Part shown: positions 11,262-24,026 of the stretch, piece by piece
How positions within the stretch are numbered: position 1 is the stretch's first letter
Layout of the letters: each line of letters opens with the position of its first letter
Assembly (NCBI GenBank): GCA_010093995.1
Contig: ML992505.1
Coordinates: 1,319,147 to 1,383,146, forward strand
Reading direction: 5' to 3'
DNA: 64,000 nt
Origin: Elsinoe ampelina
Lineage: Eukaryota
Notes under the pieces: model-generated
The model's input: only the letters and a program-made list of their open reading frames with translations
Database searches by the model: none
What the model was told of the DNA's origin: nothing
Made by a program: the position numbers and the translations under genes

Positions 11262-14001
11262 TTAGAAGAAGAGCTTCAGCTCGTATCCAGAACTAGGCTG
11301 GTCGTGGAGGGTCGGAAGTTCGCCATCAACTTGAATGTCTGTCGCTCCAGAATCCCACTGTCGAGATGGCTTGACCGGACTGCTTGATGTGTTCATGTGA
11401 GTGAACTCTGCAATCATATCCTGAGCCTCGCGCAGCTCGACAATGTCATTGTCGTCGAGTAGTATCTGTATGCCATCTTTGTTGACGCGGATTGTGCGCA
11501 TCACTTGAGTCGGCTCCATATTGATCTTGAGTGAGAGGGCCGTGACAAAGTCTTTTAGTGTTCTTTGCATGAGGTAAATGGCGCGGTAGTAGTTGTCTTC
11601 AGGTTTCGATCCAGCGATGCGAGGTTGTACGTAGAAGCAAGCGACTGAACGTGTTAGCCATTGGTCATTTGTACAAAATCATGGTGCTTACTTGGCTTAA
11701 TGGCTCGCTCGGGTGGAGGTTGATACGAGGGATCCACCCCGAGCGATTCAATCCATCCAGATAGGGTGCCACTAGTTGGCGAGCTCATCGGGATCTTGAC
11801 AGGCTGGTCAGGTGGACTTGCCAGGTGTTGAGGATTGGCAGAGTGCAGGTCGATGCTCGGCATCTGTTGAGCTGGTTTCCATTCGTTCGAAGCGACGCGC
11901 GATGGAGGGCCGAGGTGTTGGAAGCTCGAATCTCTGCGACCACCAGACAGGATCGATTGACTGGATGGGGTCGGTGAGACCATGGTCGAGGACTGGACAC
12001 TTTGTCGTTCCCAAGTCGAGCTGTCGCCAATTTCGGTCTTCGTCAAATCGTGCGGCTCTCCAGTCAGGCGGACCGGATGAGCATCTGGATCGTCGCCCTC
12101 TCCACCTCGTAAGAACAGAATACTGCTCGGGCGAGTGGAAGAGAACATTTCCTGAAGCACAAGCAGCTTCATGTGAAGCTCGTCCTCAGCTGATGTTCTT
12201 CCTGTCGGAGAATTGGTCGAAGACATTGACCAGGTCCGTCGGTGCTTTGGTATCTTGCCTGGTCGTTGTGACTCTTGTCCAGCACTGCTTCTCTTTCTCT
12301 TGCCTAGATCCCGCATACCAGCTTCAATTTGCTGGATCTGCTGATTGACCTTTTCAATGGACTTCTTGACGTGAGCAACGTCATTTGACAGCTTTCGTTC
12401 CGCGCCATGGTCACGGAAAAGTTTGACCTTGCAATAGCAGACCTCATGTGCAGGGTTTGCACTTGGTGACATGGTGTCTAGAAGTAGCTCTGTCTTGGTG
12501 CAGAGCCTGACTGGAATGCCCTTGACACCCTTCGAGTGGCTGAAATCGGTTGACAAGAAGTTGAACCTCACGGGGATCGGGCACTCTATCGGCCCATTCA
12601 TCGAAGGCGACCAAGTGACGCAGAACCCATCGAATGAGGCGCACTCGAGATCGATCTTTGCTCGACTCGGGTCGTTGGCATTTCCAGTCATTTGCGAAGG
12701 GTCGACGTACTCGACAGCTTGAAGCTTGCCACCTCGGAGGTGAGCCTCGTTCGTACCGCGACCCTCCTTCCAGAGCTGCCAGCATTGACTGGGTCGTTTC
12801 CTCTGGTCTGGATCTTCGAAAGAGATACGGACGAAGGTGCGGTATTTGAGTTGGCCGACGGTCGACTGTTGTGGAGCGGTGTCCATGACGTTGAGGGTGT
12901 AAGCCTGGCCCTTGTTGAGATACGTGATGGGAATTTCGTCCTCGTGCTTGACCATGGCTGTTGGAGCATTAAGAGTGACGTGGTATCTGAACTTTTCAGA
13001 CAGAGGATGAGGAAACTTGGTCGGTCCTGCATTGGGGTGCTGGAATGAGTCTGGGTGGAATATCATCTCGGGCGACTGGTGCATGCCCATGTCCATATGG
13101 ACGTCTCCCATTGATGGGGATTCCGAGTGAGACTCCAGATGCTGAAAGCCCGCCGGCGGGTTCTGGAAGTTCTGGGGAGGGAAAGTCTGTTGTTGAGCTT
13201 GCTGGTGCATCTGGAAGGGATCCATCCCGTGAAAGTGCTGTTGTTGAGGGACAGCATGCTGCATCTGCTGTTGCTGGTTGAAGCCCTGCATGGTCATGGC
13301 TGTCTGACCATGATGTATTGCGTCCTGGGAGGTGGGCATGGAGAGGGGAGTACCCAGTCCGAATTGGAAGCCGGGAGTGTGGAGGTCGCCAGCATGTTGA
13401 CTATGATAGAGCGTGTTGGTGCCTCCAGGAGTTGGTGTGTAGTAGCCAGGTAGTTGATTAGCAAAGTTGTTAAAGGTATGGCTGTTTGGGTCGAGCAGTG
13501 AAGGAGTCAAGCCAGAACTAGTAAAGTTCCAAGCGTCGACATGGCCTCGCGGGGTTGGTTCACCGTCCTTTGTCATCTCGTGTGGATGTTGTGAAGCATC
13601 TGTGAATGCACTGGAAAAATTATTAGAATACATTAGAAATAGAAGGAAAGAAGGGACATTATGCCAGGATTTGCAATGCGCATAAGAGGGACCAGGATAA
13701 GTGGGGACCTACCGAGGGTTGACATTGACTGGCGCAGCAGCATCGGGGACTGGGTTGGAAGGGACTGCTGAAGCTGCTGGTTCTGATTGCGCCGGAGTAC
13801 CATCTTGCCGAAGACCTGGGAATGAGGCCTTGAAGTCCTTGTAGAGTCCGTCGGGAGGTTTCTGACTGTTCGTTCTATTCGAGGTCTGTCAGTAAATTTG
13901 TTGCGAGCAAAAGCGACAAGCAGATGTCCTGCAAATCCACGACGCGCGTAGATGCTGGGCTGAGATCTGCTCTTTTCAGCCACGTACCTGTTACGAAACA
14001 T
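11262..14001 (-). CDS. Grainyhead/CP2-family transcription factor (4 exons)
   Basis: CP2 DNA-binding domain (FRYHVTLNAPTAM..PITYLNKGQAY..FLSTDFSHSKGVKGIPVRLC..CKVKLFRDHGAERK). Exon 1 is MFRNR (14001-13988); introns at 13987-13875, about 13712-13611 and about 11691-11646; the last exon reads ACFYVQ..YYRAIYLMQRT..YELKLFF. Confidence 0.92.
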
Positions 14002-17000
14002 GTTGAGAGTCTGTCTTTCTGGGAGAATTCATGGGCTCTAGTCGATCACCGCATGAACTGTCGAGTCGTGAAGAAGAGAGTGGTTTGTGTAGAGTGTGAC
14101 TGGCAGGGCTATTGATCTGTAAAAAGAGGAGGGAATAAGGTGAAACAGTGCAATATGGCTCTCTGGGAAGGTCAAGCCACAGAAGCACAGGACACGAGGG
14201 AAATGGGGGATGCGCCGAGAGTAGTCGAGCATTTGAAGACGGCCTTTCCAGCAAAAGCCAGAGGTACCCAGCATGCGAAGCGCAGGGATCCGTGACTCGC
14301 GAATTCAGCCTAAGCGAAGCTAATCATGCACGAGACGGCTTCAGTCGCGCCTGGAGCGAAGAGCCCTGTCCGTCCTCGATTGCTGTCCTGGGCAAAACTG
14401 CCAACGGCAGACTCTCAAAAACTCGCTGCCTAGGTCCTATGATGCACGGAATGATTGTCCGAATGCTCGACACCAGATCGAGCCTATCGAAACGAGTTTG
14501 CGACAGCCAAAAAAGTGGAGGAAGCCGTCAGTGTGTTGCGCACTCGCCACAGTGGCAGTGCAAGACCTGCAGGAGAACAGCGCAACAGTTCGGGAGATGT
14601 GCAGCCAGCAGTGTCCCGTGTGGCTCGTGGTCATCCTTGGGCGGGCAATGGGCCACGATCCCCTCGGTCCCACGTTTTGACACGGCTTTGATTGCTGGCA
14701 CCACAGTGGCAGCGCGACGATCTCTGTGGCTCAACGTGACCGGGAAGGAGCGCTAACGAAACGCTGGAACAGTCGGTCAGGTCAACTGTGGCTCTGAGGC
14801 TCTTTTCCTCGTCCCCCGCAAGACGTCCCGGAAGCTTCCACAAGACTAGCAAGCAGTGAATTTCCCAAGGCAGCCAGTAACGGCGTTTTGCTGTTCTTGC
14901 AAGCCGAAGACCACCATCGGTTATGGACCTGAGTTCATGTCGCTTCCCTCGAATGGCCACAGTGGCGCCATCAGACTACGGGTGAAGCTAACTAGACATT
15001 AGTACAGCAGTAGACAACAACGTGCCAACCCTCATGCTTGCGTGGATCTATTCCCTGCAGTTCCGCTTGTCATCCCACCGAGCCGGTCACGACCGATTGT
15101 TCCCACAAGGCTTTGGCTTGCCCAGACCGCTTAAGTTACTGTGGCCTCATTTGCCAAAATTTGCAGGGGTAGCCGTGAGGGCGTTGCGTGTCTCGCGGGT
15201 GAGATCCAGAGGAACACAATCTGTACCATGACGCACATGGATAGACACTTTTCCAGCACTGGGAATGCAACGGCAAGTGGAGAATGCCAAAGTGCCAAAC
15301 TGTGGGACGTGGGACGTGACATCCGCGCCTGTTACCGCTCTTGGATTCCATATCTGGCGTTCAATAATTGATGTTCACTGCATTTATTATTGCGACTCGT
15401 CTTCCATCACTCATCAGACATTCTTGCGAAATATCGCACATGTCAAATGACCGTGCATCCGCGGGGATATTAAAAATGATCACCACTCTACTAATCTTCC
15501 AGAAGACCGCCCGCGACTCGCTCGCTGTCCGTGTCCAATCGCTCCGGTCCCGTGACAGGCCAGCCACCGACGCGCTTGGGAGATTAAGAATTTCCACGAA
15601 CGTGTCTTGACATGGAGATCCCCGTCGAATGCGGCAACAATGGTTCCTAATCGGTGCGGCTCTTCACCATTTTTCATTTCTGTCCGTCTATAGACACCCG
15701 ACGCTATAGAGTATCGACATGCCGTACCACAGTATCTTTTCTGGACTGATTGGATACGACGCGTCGTCACAAAGTGCCATCATCAAAGAGATGCAGCCGC
15801 ACGGTAGCGAGTTCCCTCAGCCCTCGCTTTGCCTTTTGATGCCCGATGGAGTAGACACGGGGTTAATGTCGAGAAATAACCTTGATCTGTCACACGCCGC
15901 CAAAAAAATCATCTCTGCAAAATTGGCTCCAAGGGTTCTCGACGGACAAATTGCCTGTGGCTCAGCAAGGCCGAAACTGTCTCGTCTGACCTCGACATTC
16001 ATCATACAAAGGACCGCGTTGTAATTGCCATGAGACGCCGCCGTCAATGGCGCCTATCCACATGGCCACTGAGGTCTCGAGACACGGTTGACATCTGTCT
16101 ACTCTGAGACCGCATCCATCGGTATGTCAACTGATGGCACCTATACCGCGATAACCTATACGTCCAACTGGCGGGTTCTGACGGAGCGAATAGGACATCT
16201 GCTTTCGTGCTGCTGCATCATCTTGCGTTTCATCTGGTGGTATCGGGATCCAATCGACCACATCCCGAACACGAATGCTCGTACAGACATGACAAACAAC
16301 GTCTGATCTTGACCATAAACGCTCCGTATACCTCATGATCCGTGGTAGCTTTGCTGATCTCGGTGACTTGTGTCTACCCACAATCGGCGCCAGCACAAAG
16401 AGCCGAAAGTAAGGAGCATTTCTTCGCAACACCTGTCCTCACAGGCTCACATCCCCTCATCACCATCCAGAGACATGCAATTTGACTTCCCGTCAAGCGC
16501 GCGCATTTCCCCGATTTGACATGAACCAACCATGACAAAGCCTGACAAACTCCACCACCATCGCGCCTTCACAGCAGTCGTCATGACAGCATCCCCCAAC
16601 CCGGGTTTCCCAGCCATGTCTGTCTCAGTCTGAGGGAAGATCAATAAGATCCTACCCATCCTTCATGCAACTCGACCCGTGCCACGCCGCGTGACATTGA
16701 CCGTCCAACGAAGCCGCGTCAACCTTCCCTCTCGTCCCGTGGACAGCGCAATCATTTCGAGGCCAGCGAGGGGGAGCCCGGGGAGGGGGGTTGACAGACT
16801 CTCGTGAAACTCCCGTCTCGCGCAACGCAATCGTGATGCAAAAATCAAGGAAGTGCTCGCTGTAACCCTTTCAAGTTAGCCCCAGCACCAACCATCTACG
16901 CGGTCAGACCGTCGAAGGAGCCAAATTCTGATTTCCGCGCAACAGACCGACATCGCTTGGCAGCGTGACCTCACAGTCTACCTCTCGTCGAGAAAAGCAC

Positions 17001-19576
17001 CACAACTGCAGATCTTAGCAACCACACAACCCGAGCGCAAGGCGTCGACTTTCTCCCGCTTCTCATTCGTGGACGCAAGAGCCGCATTGCCATGTAACGC
17101 GTAAGCCCCTCCCCCCCTTGTCCGGGTCCTGACGGTAGCGGCGGTGATCGACATGGCTGTGCGGAAGATCACTTCTGGACCGGGCGGGAGGAGGGGTCCG
17201 ACAAGAAATCCTGTGATGGTGGAGGGGGCTCGTGATGTGGATGAGGAGACGGTGGTTATGCAGGGATGTGAGGCACAGGTACTGTAGGGCAGGAATAGAA
17301 ACGTGATCGTCGTGAGGATGGGATACGAGGTGATGTGCGCTTGGAGTGCTTGGTGTGAGTAGAAGGGGAGGTTCGGGGTGGGCGATGTGGCTGTTGAGAT
17401 GGATGGCGAAGAGGCTCACTGTACTGTGCTTTGAAGCTGTGTTGAGATGGGTGAGTGAGATGTGGTCAAAGTGTTGCGTTGGTGACTGGCATGCTTCCAT
17501 ATAATACACTGATGAGTGGGTAACGCTTCCAAGGCTACACCCAAGCATAACCTGTTTGATGCACACCTATACCAAGGTGAGAACAACTTCAACTTGTTTC
17601 TGTCAGTGCTGCTGGCCAAGGTTTCACTATTCACGAATCAAGAGCAGAAGGCGAATCTTGCTTTGCATAGAAGAGGTAAAAGTGTCTGTCAACGAGCTTG
17701 ATATAAGCGAGCAAGTCTCCAAGTCGAGTATCCATCATGGTTACTCTTTGAGGTAATACGGCAGGCCTGCTGTTCGCCCTGAGGTGACAGCAGTCATCAG
17801 ATCCAATCCCCTCAGTTCCTGGTCTCAATCAAACATCTCTATACGTCCACACAATCACCCTCGAACAAGGCACATATATGAACACAACCCTTGATACGTC
17901 CCATGCTCTGGGACTGTCTGACTGAGCTCTGTGAAACGACCCCATGCTTACGTCTTCAATGAAGAGAGTTTAGCTCCACCTCCTCGAAATAGACCAGCAT
18001 TGGTATTCACGTACGGTCAAGTGCATTACTCCGAGACAGTATCACACCACACAAGCTGTTAGAAACAGGTATGTCTACGTCCATCGCAAAATCATGCCAC
18101 AGATGTAAGCAAAGAGAAAGTTGAAGGTTCGGCCTAAGGCACGGTGAGAGACACAAGGAAGAGAGCCTCAAGGACGAGCAAGAGCGGCAGCTCCCCGGTC
18201 CAATGGAATCTGACAGAGATATCGAGCCCGGCGGCGGCATCCTTGGGCACCGATTTCGTATGCGTGCCGGTCACCAGACGATCCTGTCCAGATGGCGCAT
18301 TCCGACGCTCTCTCTACCATGACGCTCGATTCTGTTTTGAGCACGCCAGAGGCAGCACTGATGAACACATGGAAGGTCGTACACTAAGTGGCAGTGGAAG
18401 TCACAGGAGCAAGCTGCAAGATGCAGGCTGAGCAAGGAGATTAGGTCACGACAGTGGAAGGTAGGCTTACGGAGTAGCAATCTCGTGGTACGGAGACACT
18501 ATTGCTGCCCTTGAGACCGAGGATGAGCGAAGTGTCCGCCAGCCATTCCTTTCCTCCCTGACAGCCGTGTAACGCCTTGCCAGATGCGTCCATGCTGGAG
18601 TTCCCATCATTCGATCAACATGGGTCTGGAAATAGACGATGTTGGTCTGCTACCAACATCACTATCAGGTATCAGAATGTACTGCGGTACATAATCGATG
18701 AGTTCAGTCAATGCACCGCCTCGTTCCCGTATATGTTATGTTCACGCAGATTGACTGTGCTTTCTTGCTCGGACCCGAATGCCATGGTAAGCCAGAAGTC
18801 GTTGAAGATGAGTGTGTGAATGACGAGAGCACCATCCGACGAGCAGGACTTACAAGCTGTGCTTTGAGGTTTCTCTGACTCAACGAGGGGCAGGTGGGGA
18901 CCTCTTATAGTGACCTTGCACAAACCGTATACACTCAACCATCGGTTAACATCATGAACCCATCCTGATCACACAGGCGCATGGGGCTTGAAGAATAGAA
19001 CGTCCTCAACCCCAACCTACCTGCAACCCCATCAAACCCGTCATCCCAACACATGATTATGTACACCCATTCCATACACACCACATCCCCATGATCATGA
19101 AGCTTTTGTACCCCGCCGTCCATGCACATCCTCTCCATTGTACAAGAAGGGACATGTTTGGTAATTGGCAGGCCTTTTGGAGTCTTTTCTCGGCACGTTG
19201 GAAACCCTTCAGCGAACAGGACCATGGAGAAAAGGCCGCATTGCTGTACACACTGATGCCTTTTGTGTCACGTATCACACCTCGCGTTCATTCCTCTTCT
19301 CCTGCGTCCTTTCACAATGACCACAGGATGTTCAGACCCAACCGATCGAGTGCAATCACCAGAGTGCAATCCGCGACCTTCGATCTCGGTATCATGGTTA
19401 CTCACCTCCCCCCTTCACACCCCAAGGACAGCATGGAACTCTTCAGCAGATCAAACGTATTTCATTCCCTCCAGAGCGATCTATGCTCCCTTTCCCCCCG
19501 TGAGAGGAAAGACGCCGTATGCGAGCCGCAAAAGGGTGTAGGTTTTTTCATGCCGGAGAAAGAAATCGTTCGCCAT

Positions 19577-19983
19577 CTATGCCGCGTCCCTCTTGCCTTC
19601 CTTGACCTCCTTCTGTGCATTCGTCAGTGTTGTTCGCAGATCACAGGGACTGGGAAGGGGAGACGTACGAGTGCCCTCATGGTGCCGTGCAGCGCATGTC
19701 TGTGGTTCCTTCGGAACTTGGGGTCGGTACCCTTGAGTGATGGGTAGCGGAAGGTCTTGGGCTTCTTGATGCTGTGACGAGGTGTCAGAATGTGTCACGG
19801 AGAGATCGTGTGCGGTCTGGCGCGGTTTCAAGGGTTGTGTGCCTGCTCTTTCAATTTTCGTTGTGGACGTACCCGTTCTTGTGGTTCTTCTTCGCCTGAT
19901 TGTGCTGGGACGAGTTCTTTGATTCTGCACGGTGATTAGATCGATGGGTGGAGTACGTGATAGCGCAGTCACTCACTGGCCAT
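19577..19983 (-). CDS. RPL29: 60S ribosomal protein L29 (eL29), 4 exons: 19983-19977, 19924-19873, 19771-19669, 19612-19577
   Basis: Spliced translation is [65 protein letters not shown]. All three introns are GT-AG. Confidence 0.95.
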
Positions 19984-20205
19984 TGCGACGGTATGTGATG
20001 TCGAATGAGGATAATCGAGTCTGTCCGATTTGCGTGTAGAAGTCCGAGTGAGGTCGAAAGTCTTCGCAGTGTGGGAGCTAAGCGAGGTGGATGGGTGGCT
20101 TTGATTGGCTAACGACTTACAACCTGCAAAATGCTCCAGCATGTGCCTGTCACGCTTCGGACAGCTTGAATAGTACGTAAAAATAGACGATGATGAGCTT
20201 GCTTT

Positions 20206-20503
20206 GTACTACCAGACAATGGCCCTATGATCTAGGTCAGCAGCTAACGTGTACTGTTGCTGGTAGTATTATTTGTTCAAAACTACCAGAACTAGTATAT
20301 ACGACTTGTGGCAAGGTATTGCACCATGAAATTCTGGTAGTTACATCTTAACTCGGCACAGCATTGTGGTAGTATCTTCAAAGTCATGCATGTACAAACT
20401 ATGAAATTGGTACTGATCACCGGTTGCGAGTAGTAGCTGTATTGCATAATCCTCCTCGATCCATGTCATGCTCACTGCTCGTCGCTAAAATGATTACTAC
20501 CAG
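20206..20503. repeat. Cluster of six (C)TGGTAGT/ACTACCAG motifs in both orientations
   Basis: Copies at about 20206 (rev), 20260, 20281 (rev), 20334, 20367 and 20495 (rev), between the ACO1 stop and the RPL29 start. Confidence 0.7.
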
Positions 20504-20524
20504 CCAGCCTTCTTCCATCCACGC

Positions 20525-23068
20525 TTAGTTGCCCGACTTCTTCGCCATAGTATTGAGCGCACTGCCGTTCTTGAACCACTCGATTTGTGGCTCGTTGAAG
20601 GTGTGGAGGAGCTCGATGTCGAAAGTCTTGCCATCCTTGGGGTGTACGCGGAGAGTCATGGGCTTGCCAACGGCGAGCTGGGTGCAGAGAAGATCGACCT
20701 TGTCATCTGGGGAGATCTTGTCGTAGTCCTCTGGGTTGGAGAAGGTGAGAGGAAGCATACCCTGCTTCTTCAGGTTGGTTTCGTGCTGCGTTTCTGTTAG
20801 ACATTGCCATACTGGGAAGATCAATTCAACTTACGATACGGGCGAATGACTTCACAATGATGGCAAGACCACCGAGATGGCGGGGCTCGAGAGCAGCATG
20901 CTCACGGGACGAACCCTCTCCGTAGTTCCAGTCACCAATGACGACCCACTTGATGCCCTTCGATTTGTAGTCACGAGCAGTAGCTGGGACGGCATCCCAC
21001 TTGTCGTTGGTGAAGTTCCTGACCTTGTTGGCCTCACCGTTTGCCGCATTGGTGGCGCCAATGAGCATGTTGTTGGAGATGTTGTCAAGATGACCGCGGT
21101 ACTTGAGCCAAGGGCCGGCCATGGAGATGTGATCGGTGGTGGTCTTTCCTTGAGCCTTGATGAGAATTGGGAGATCGGTTGCATCCTTGCCGTCCCATGG
21201 CTGGAATGGCTGAAGGATCTGGAGACGGTCGGAGGTAGGGGAGACAGCAACTTGAACAGATGCGCGATCCTCAGGAGGAGCCTGGTAGGTATCTTGACCG
21301 GGGTCGTAGCCCCTGGCGGGGAGACCATCTCCTGATGGCTCAGCCAGCTTGAAATCATTGCCATCCTTGTCCTTGAGAGTATCGGTCAGGGGGTTGAAGT
21401 TCAGGGTACCAGCAATTGACATGGCGACAACGAGATCAGGGCTGGTGACGAATGCGTGAGTGGCGGGATTGGCGTCATTCCTACCAGTAAAGTTACGGTT
21501 GTAAGATGAGATGATGGAGTTGGCCTCGCCCTTCTTGACATCCTTGCGATCCCACTGTCCGATGCAGGGACCGCAGGCATTTGCCAAAACCATGCCACCA
21601 AAGTCTTCAAGGGTCTTGAGCTGTCCGTCCCGAGCAATCGTGGCCCTGATCTGTTCACTACCAGGCGTGACAGTGAAGACAGCCTTGGATTTGATTCCGT
21701 GGTCAAGTGCATCCTGTGCAATTGAGGCTGCGCGGGACATATCTTCGTACGACGAGTTGGTGCAAGAGCCGATGAGACCGACCTTGAGGTCCTCAGGCCA
21801 CTTGTTGGCTGCAACGGCGTCCTTGAACTTGCTGATAGGAGTGGCAAGATCTGGTGTGAATGGACCGTTGATGTGAGGTTCCAGCTCGTCCAGGTTGATC
21901 TCGATCAATTCATCGTACTCGGCGCCCTGGTCTTCACGGAGATCTTGAGCATATGAGCGAGCGAAGTCGCCAATGTGCTTCCTCTTGGTGGCTGCCAGGT
22001 AGTCATACATGCGATCGTTGAATGGGAACAGAGAGGTCGTGGCTCCAATTTCGGCTCTAAAGAAAAGTCAGTCAAACAAGCTCATAGCAGCAAGGAGGAG
22101 AGCTTCAACCCCATATTACAGATACTCGACATTCCAGTGCATGAGATGGAGTCGACACCAGGTCCGTGGTACTCGACTATGTTTCCAGTTCCTCCTTTGA
22201 CAGTAAGAATGCCAGCGACCTTGAGGATAATGTCTGGAAAGCTGTTAGAAAAGCGGACCGACTTGGTCAGACTGGAGCAACATACCCTTGGGAGAAGTCC
22301 AGCCAGAGAGTTTCCCAGTGAGACGGACACCAAGAACCTTGGGAGCCTTCAATTCCCAGGGCAGGCCGGCCATCACGTCGACGGCGTCAGCGCCGCCAAC
22401 ACCGATCGCTGCCATACCGAGGCCACCAGCGTTGGGTGTGTGCGAATCAGTGCCGATCATAAGACCTCCAGGGAAGGCATAGTTCTCGAGGACGATTTGG
22501 TGGATGATGCCGGATCCTGGTTTCCAGAAACCGATGTTGTATTTTGCACACGAGGTAGCGAGGAAGTCATAGACCTCCTTGTTGATGGACTGTGCTCTTG
22601 CCAAATCCTTCTCGCCTCCGATTTGGGCCTCGATCAAATGATCGCAGTGGACTGTTGTAGGGGTAGCAACCGAGGGCATGCCGGCGGACATGAACTGGAG
22701 GATGGCCATCTGCGCAGTAGCATCCTGGCAAGCAACACGATCTGGACGAAGCTTGAGATAGGACTTGCCACGCTCGATCTCTTGATTGTGAGGATCATCC
22801 AGATGGGAGTAGATGATCTTCTCGGCCAAGGTCAGGGGCTTGTTAAGGCGTTGTCGGACGATGTTGAGGTTCTCGTTCATCTTTGCATAGTTGACATAGT
22901 GACCCTTCTCCCAGTTGGTCATTTCGACCTTTCTGGTGAGGGCAGAGTCATTGACAGTCGCAAAGGTGCGGCGGCCGAGCTGTAATGCGCATGTCAGTGG
23001 CTATCTCGAGGTGGGGAGCTGGGAAAGGAACATACCAGCTGGCGCGCTGCGGCCCTTGAGGACAACAT
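20525..23068 (-). CDS. ACO1: Mitochondrial aconitate hydratase (multi-exon)
   Basis: Presequence [19 protein letters not shown]; motifs [61 protein letters not shown] and [15 protein letters not shown]. Confidence 0.97.
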
Positions 23069-23298
23069 GTTGGCAGACGGTCAGAACACTAGGTAAACAG
23101 GTTCTGAGATGCCACAATGGCTGTACCGTCGAGTGTGGGGAGTGGAGAGGAAGATTGGATGTTTGTAAAGAAGATTAAGACAGCAAGGACTGGACAAGTT
23201 AGTGCGGGTTTGGCATGTGAGCCGCGCCGATACAGAAGAGCTGGACTTCCGAGGTGGAAAGGAAGAATGGTCTGTGCGCAGAGACCTCTCCTCTTCGT

Positions 23299-23318
23299 CC
23301 AATGAGATGCTCTACATT
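23299..23318. promoter_or_regulatory. Candidate CCAAT-binding complex/HapX bipartite site (CSAAT-N12-RWT) upstream of aconitase
   Basis: CCAAT-gagatgctctac-ATT about 230 bp upstream of the ACO1 ATG. The motif is short and degenerate. Confidence 0.4.
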
Positions 23319-23681
23319 ACAAGGAGCTCTCTCACGCACGATGATGTATTTTGTCCGTATCTTTGCGATAGAGAGTTCAATTTTTTGACACGAGCTCGAG
23401 TACGGTAGTGAGTTGCTCCCGGAACAATCACATCCAATTCATATCTCTCTCAAAGCATTCTATAGCATCTGTTCTGAACAACCCCCTAGACGGCTACCCG
23501 AGTAAACACGTTTGGGTTTCTGGGCAAAAGGGTAGAAATTTTTCGGTCCAATTTGCTCGTTGGCTCGGTCTCTGCCGGTGCGCTCCGAACTGCCCTGCTC
23601 CGCCGAAGTCGCAGAACCTCAAAAGTCCGAAATCCTGTAAATTCTACGTCGATATCGGACAACTTGATACATTTCGTCATC

Positions 23682-24026
23682 ATGCCAGCTATTCGAGGCG
23701 CAGACTCGAAAAAGAAGACGAGGCGCCACACTCGTGATCTCGATCAGATTCACGCCGATTTGCATGAAGAGAAGCACCTCCAGCGTTACCACGACACAAA
23801 AGCTCCCGAGGATTTACCTGGACTAGGGCAGTGGTACTGCATCGAATGTGCAAAATGGCTCGAGTCGGAGAACAACTTTGAGTCGCACAAGAAGAGCAAG
23901 CCTCACAAGAAGCGAGTTCGTCAGCTCAAGGAAGAACCATACAGTCAAAAGGAAGCAGAGTTGGCCGCAGGTCTTACCACAGACAATGGCAAGAAATTGG
24001 AACGGGAGATGGAGGTCGAGGAGTGA
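23682..24026 (+). CDS. BUD20: Zinc-finger ribosome biogenesis factor Bud20/ZNF593
   Basis: MPAIRGADSKKKTRRHTRDLDQI..EDLPGLGQWYCIECAKW..HKKSKPHKKRVRQLKEEPYSQKEAE. Confidence 0.93.
   Translation: MPAIRGADSKKKTRRHTRDLDQIHADLHEEKHLQRYHDTKAPEDLPGLGQWYCIECAKWLESENNFESHKKSKPHKKRVRQLKEEPYSQKEAELAAGLTTDNGKKLEREMEVEE

Noticed and set aside
19325..19400. Possible box C/D snoRNA (ATGATA..CTGA, minus strand)
   Set aside because: The C box is imperfect, there is no terminal stem, and I could not identify an rRNA-complementary guide.
19091..19747. 218-aa plus-strand ORF
   Set aside because: Antisense shadow of RPL29 and its 3' region; no recognisable motifs.
19577..19972. 131-aa minus-strand ORF from the track
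   Set aside because: It reads through RPL29 introns; only the last exon is in the true frame.
21975..22985. 336-aa plus-strand ORF
   Set aside because: Antisense to the strongly codon-biased aconitase gene.
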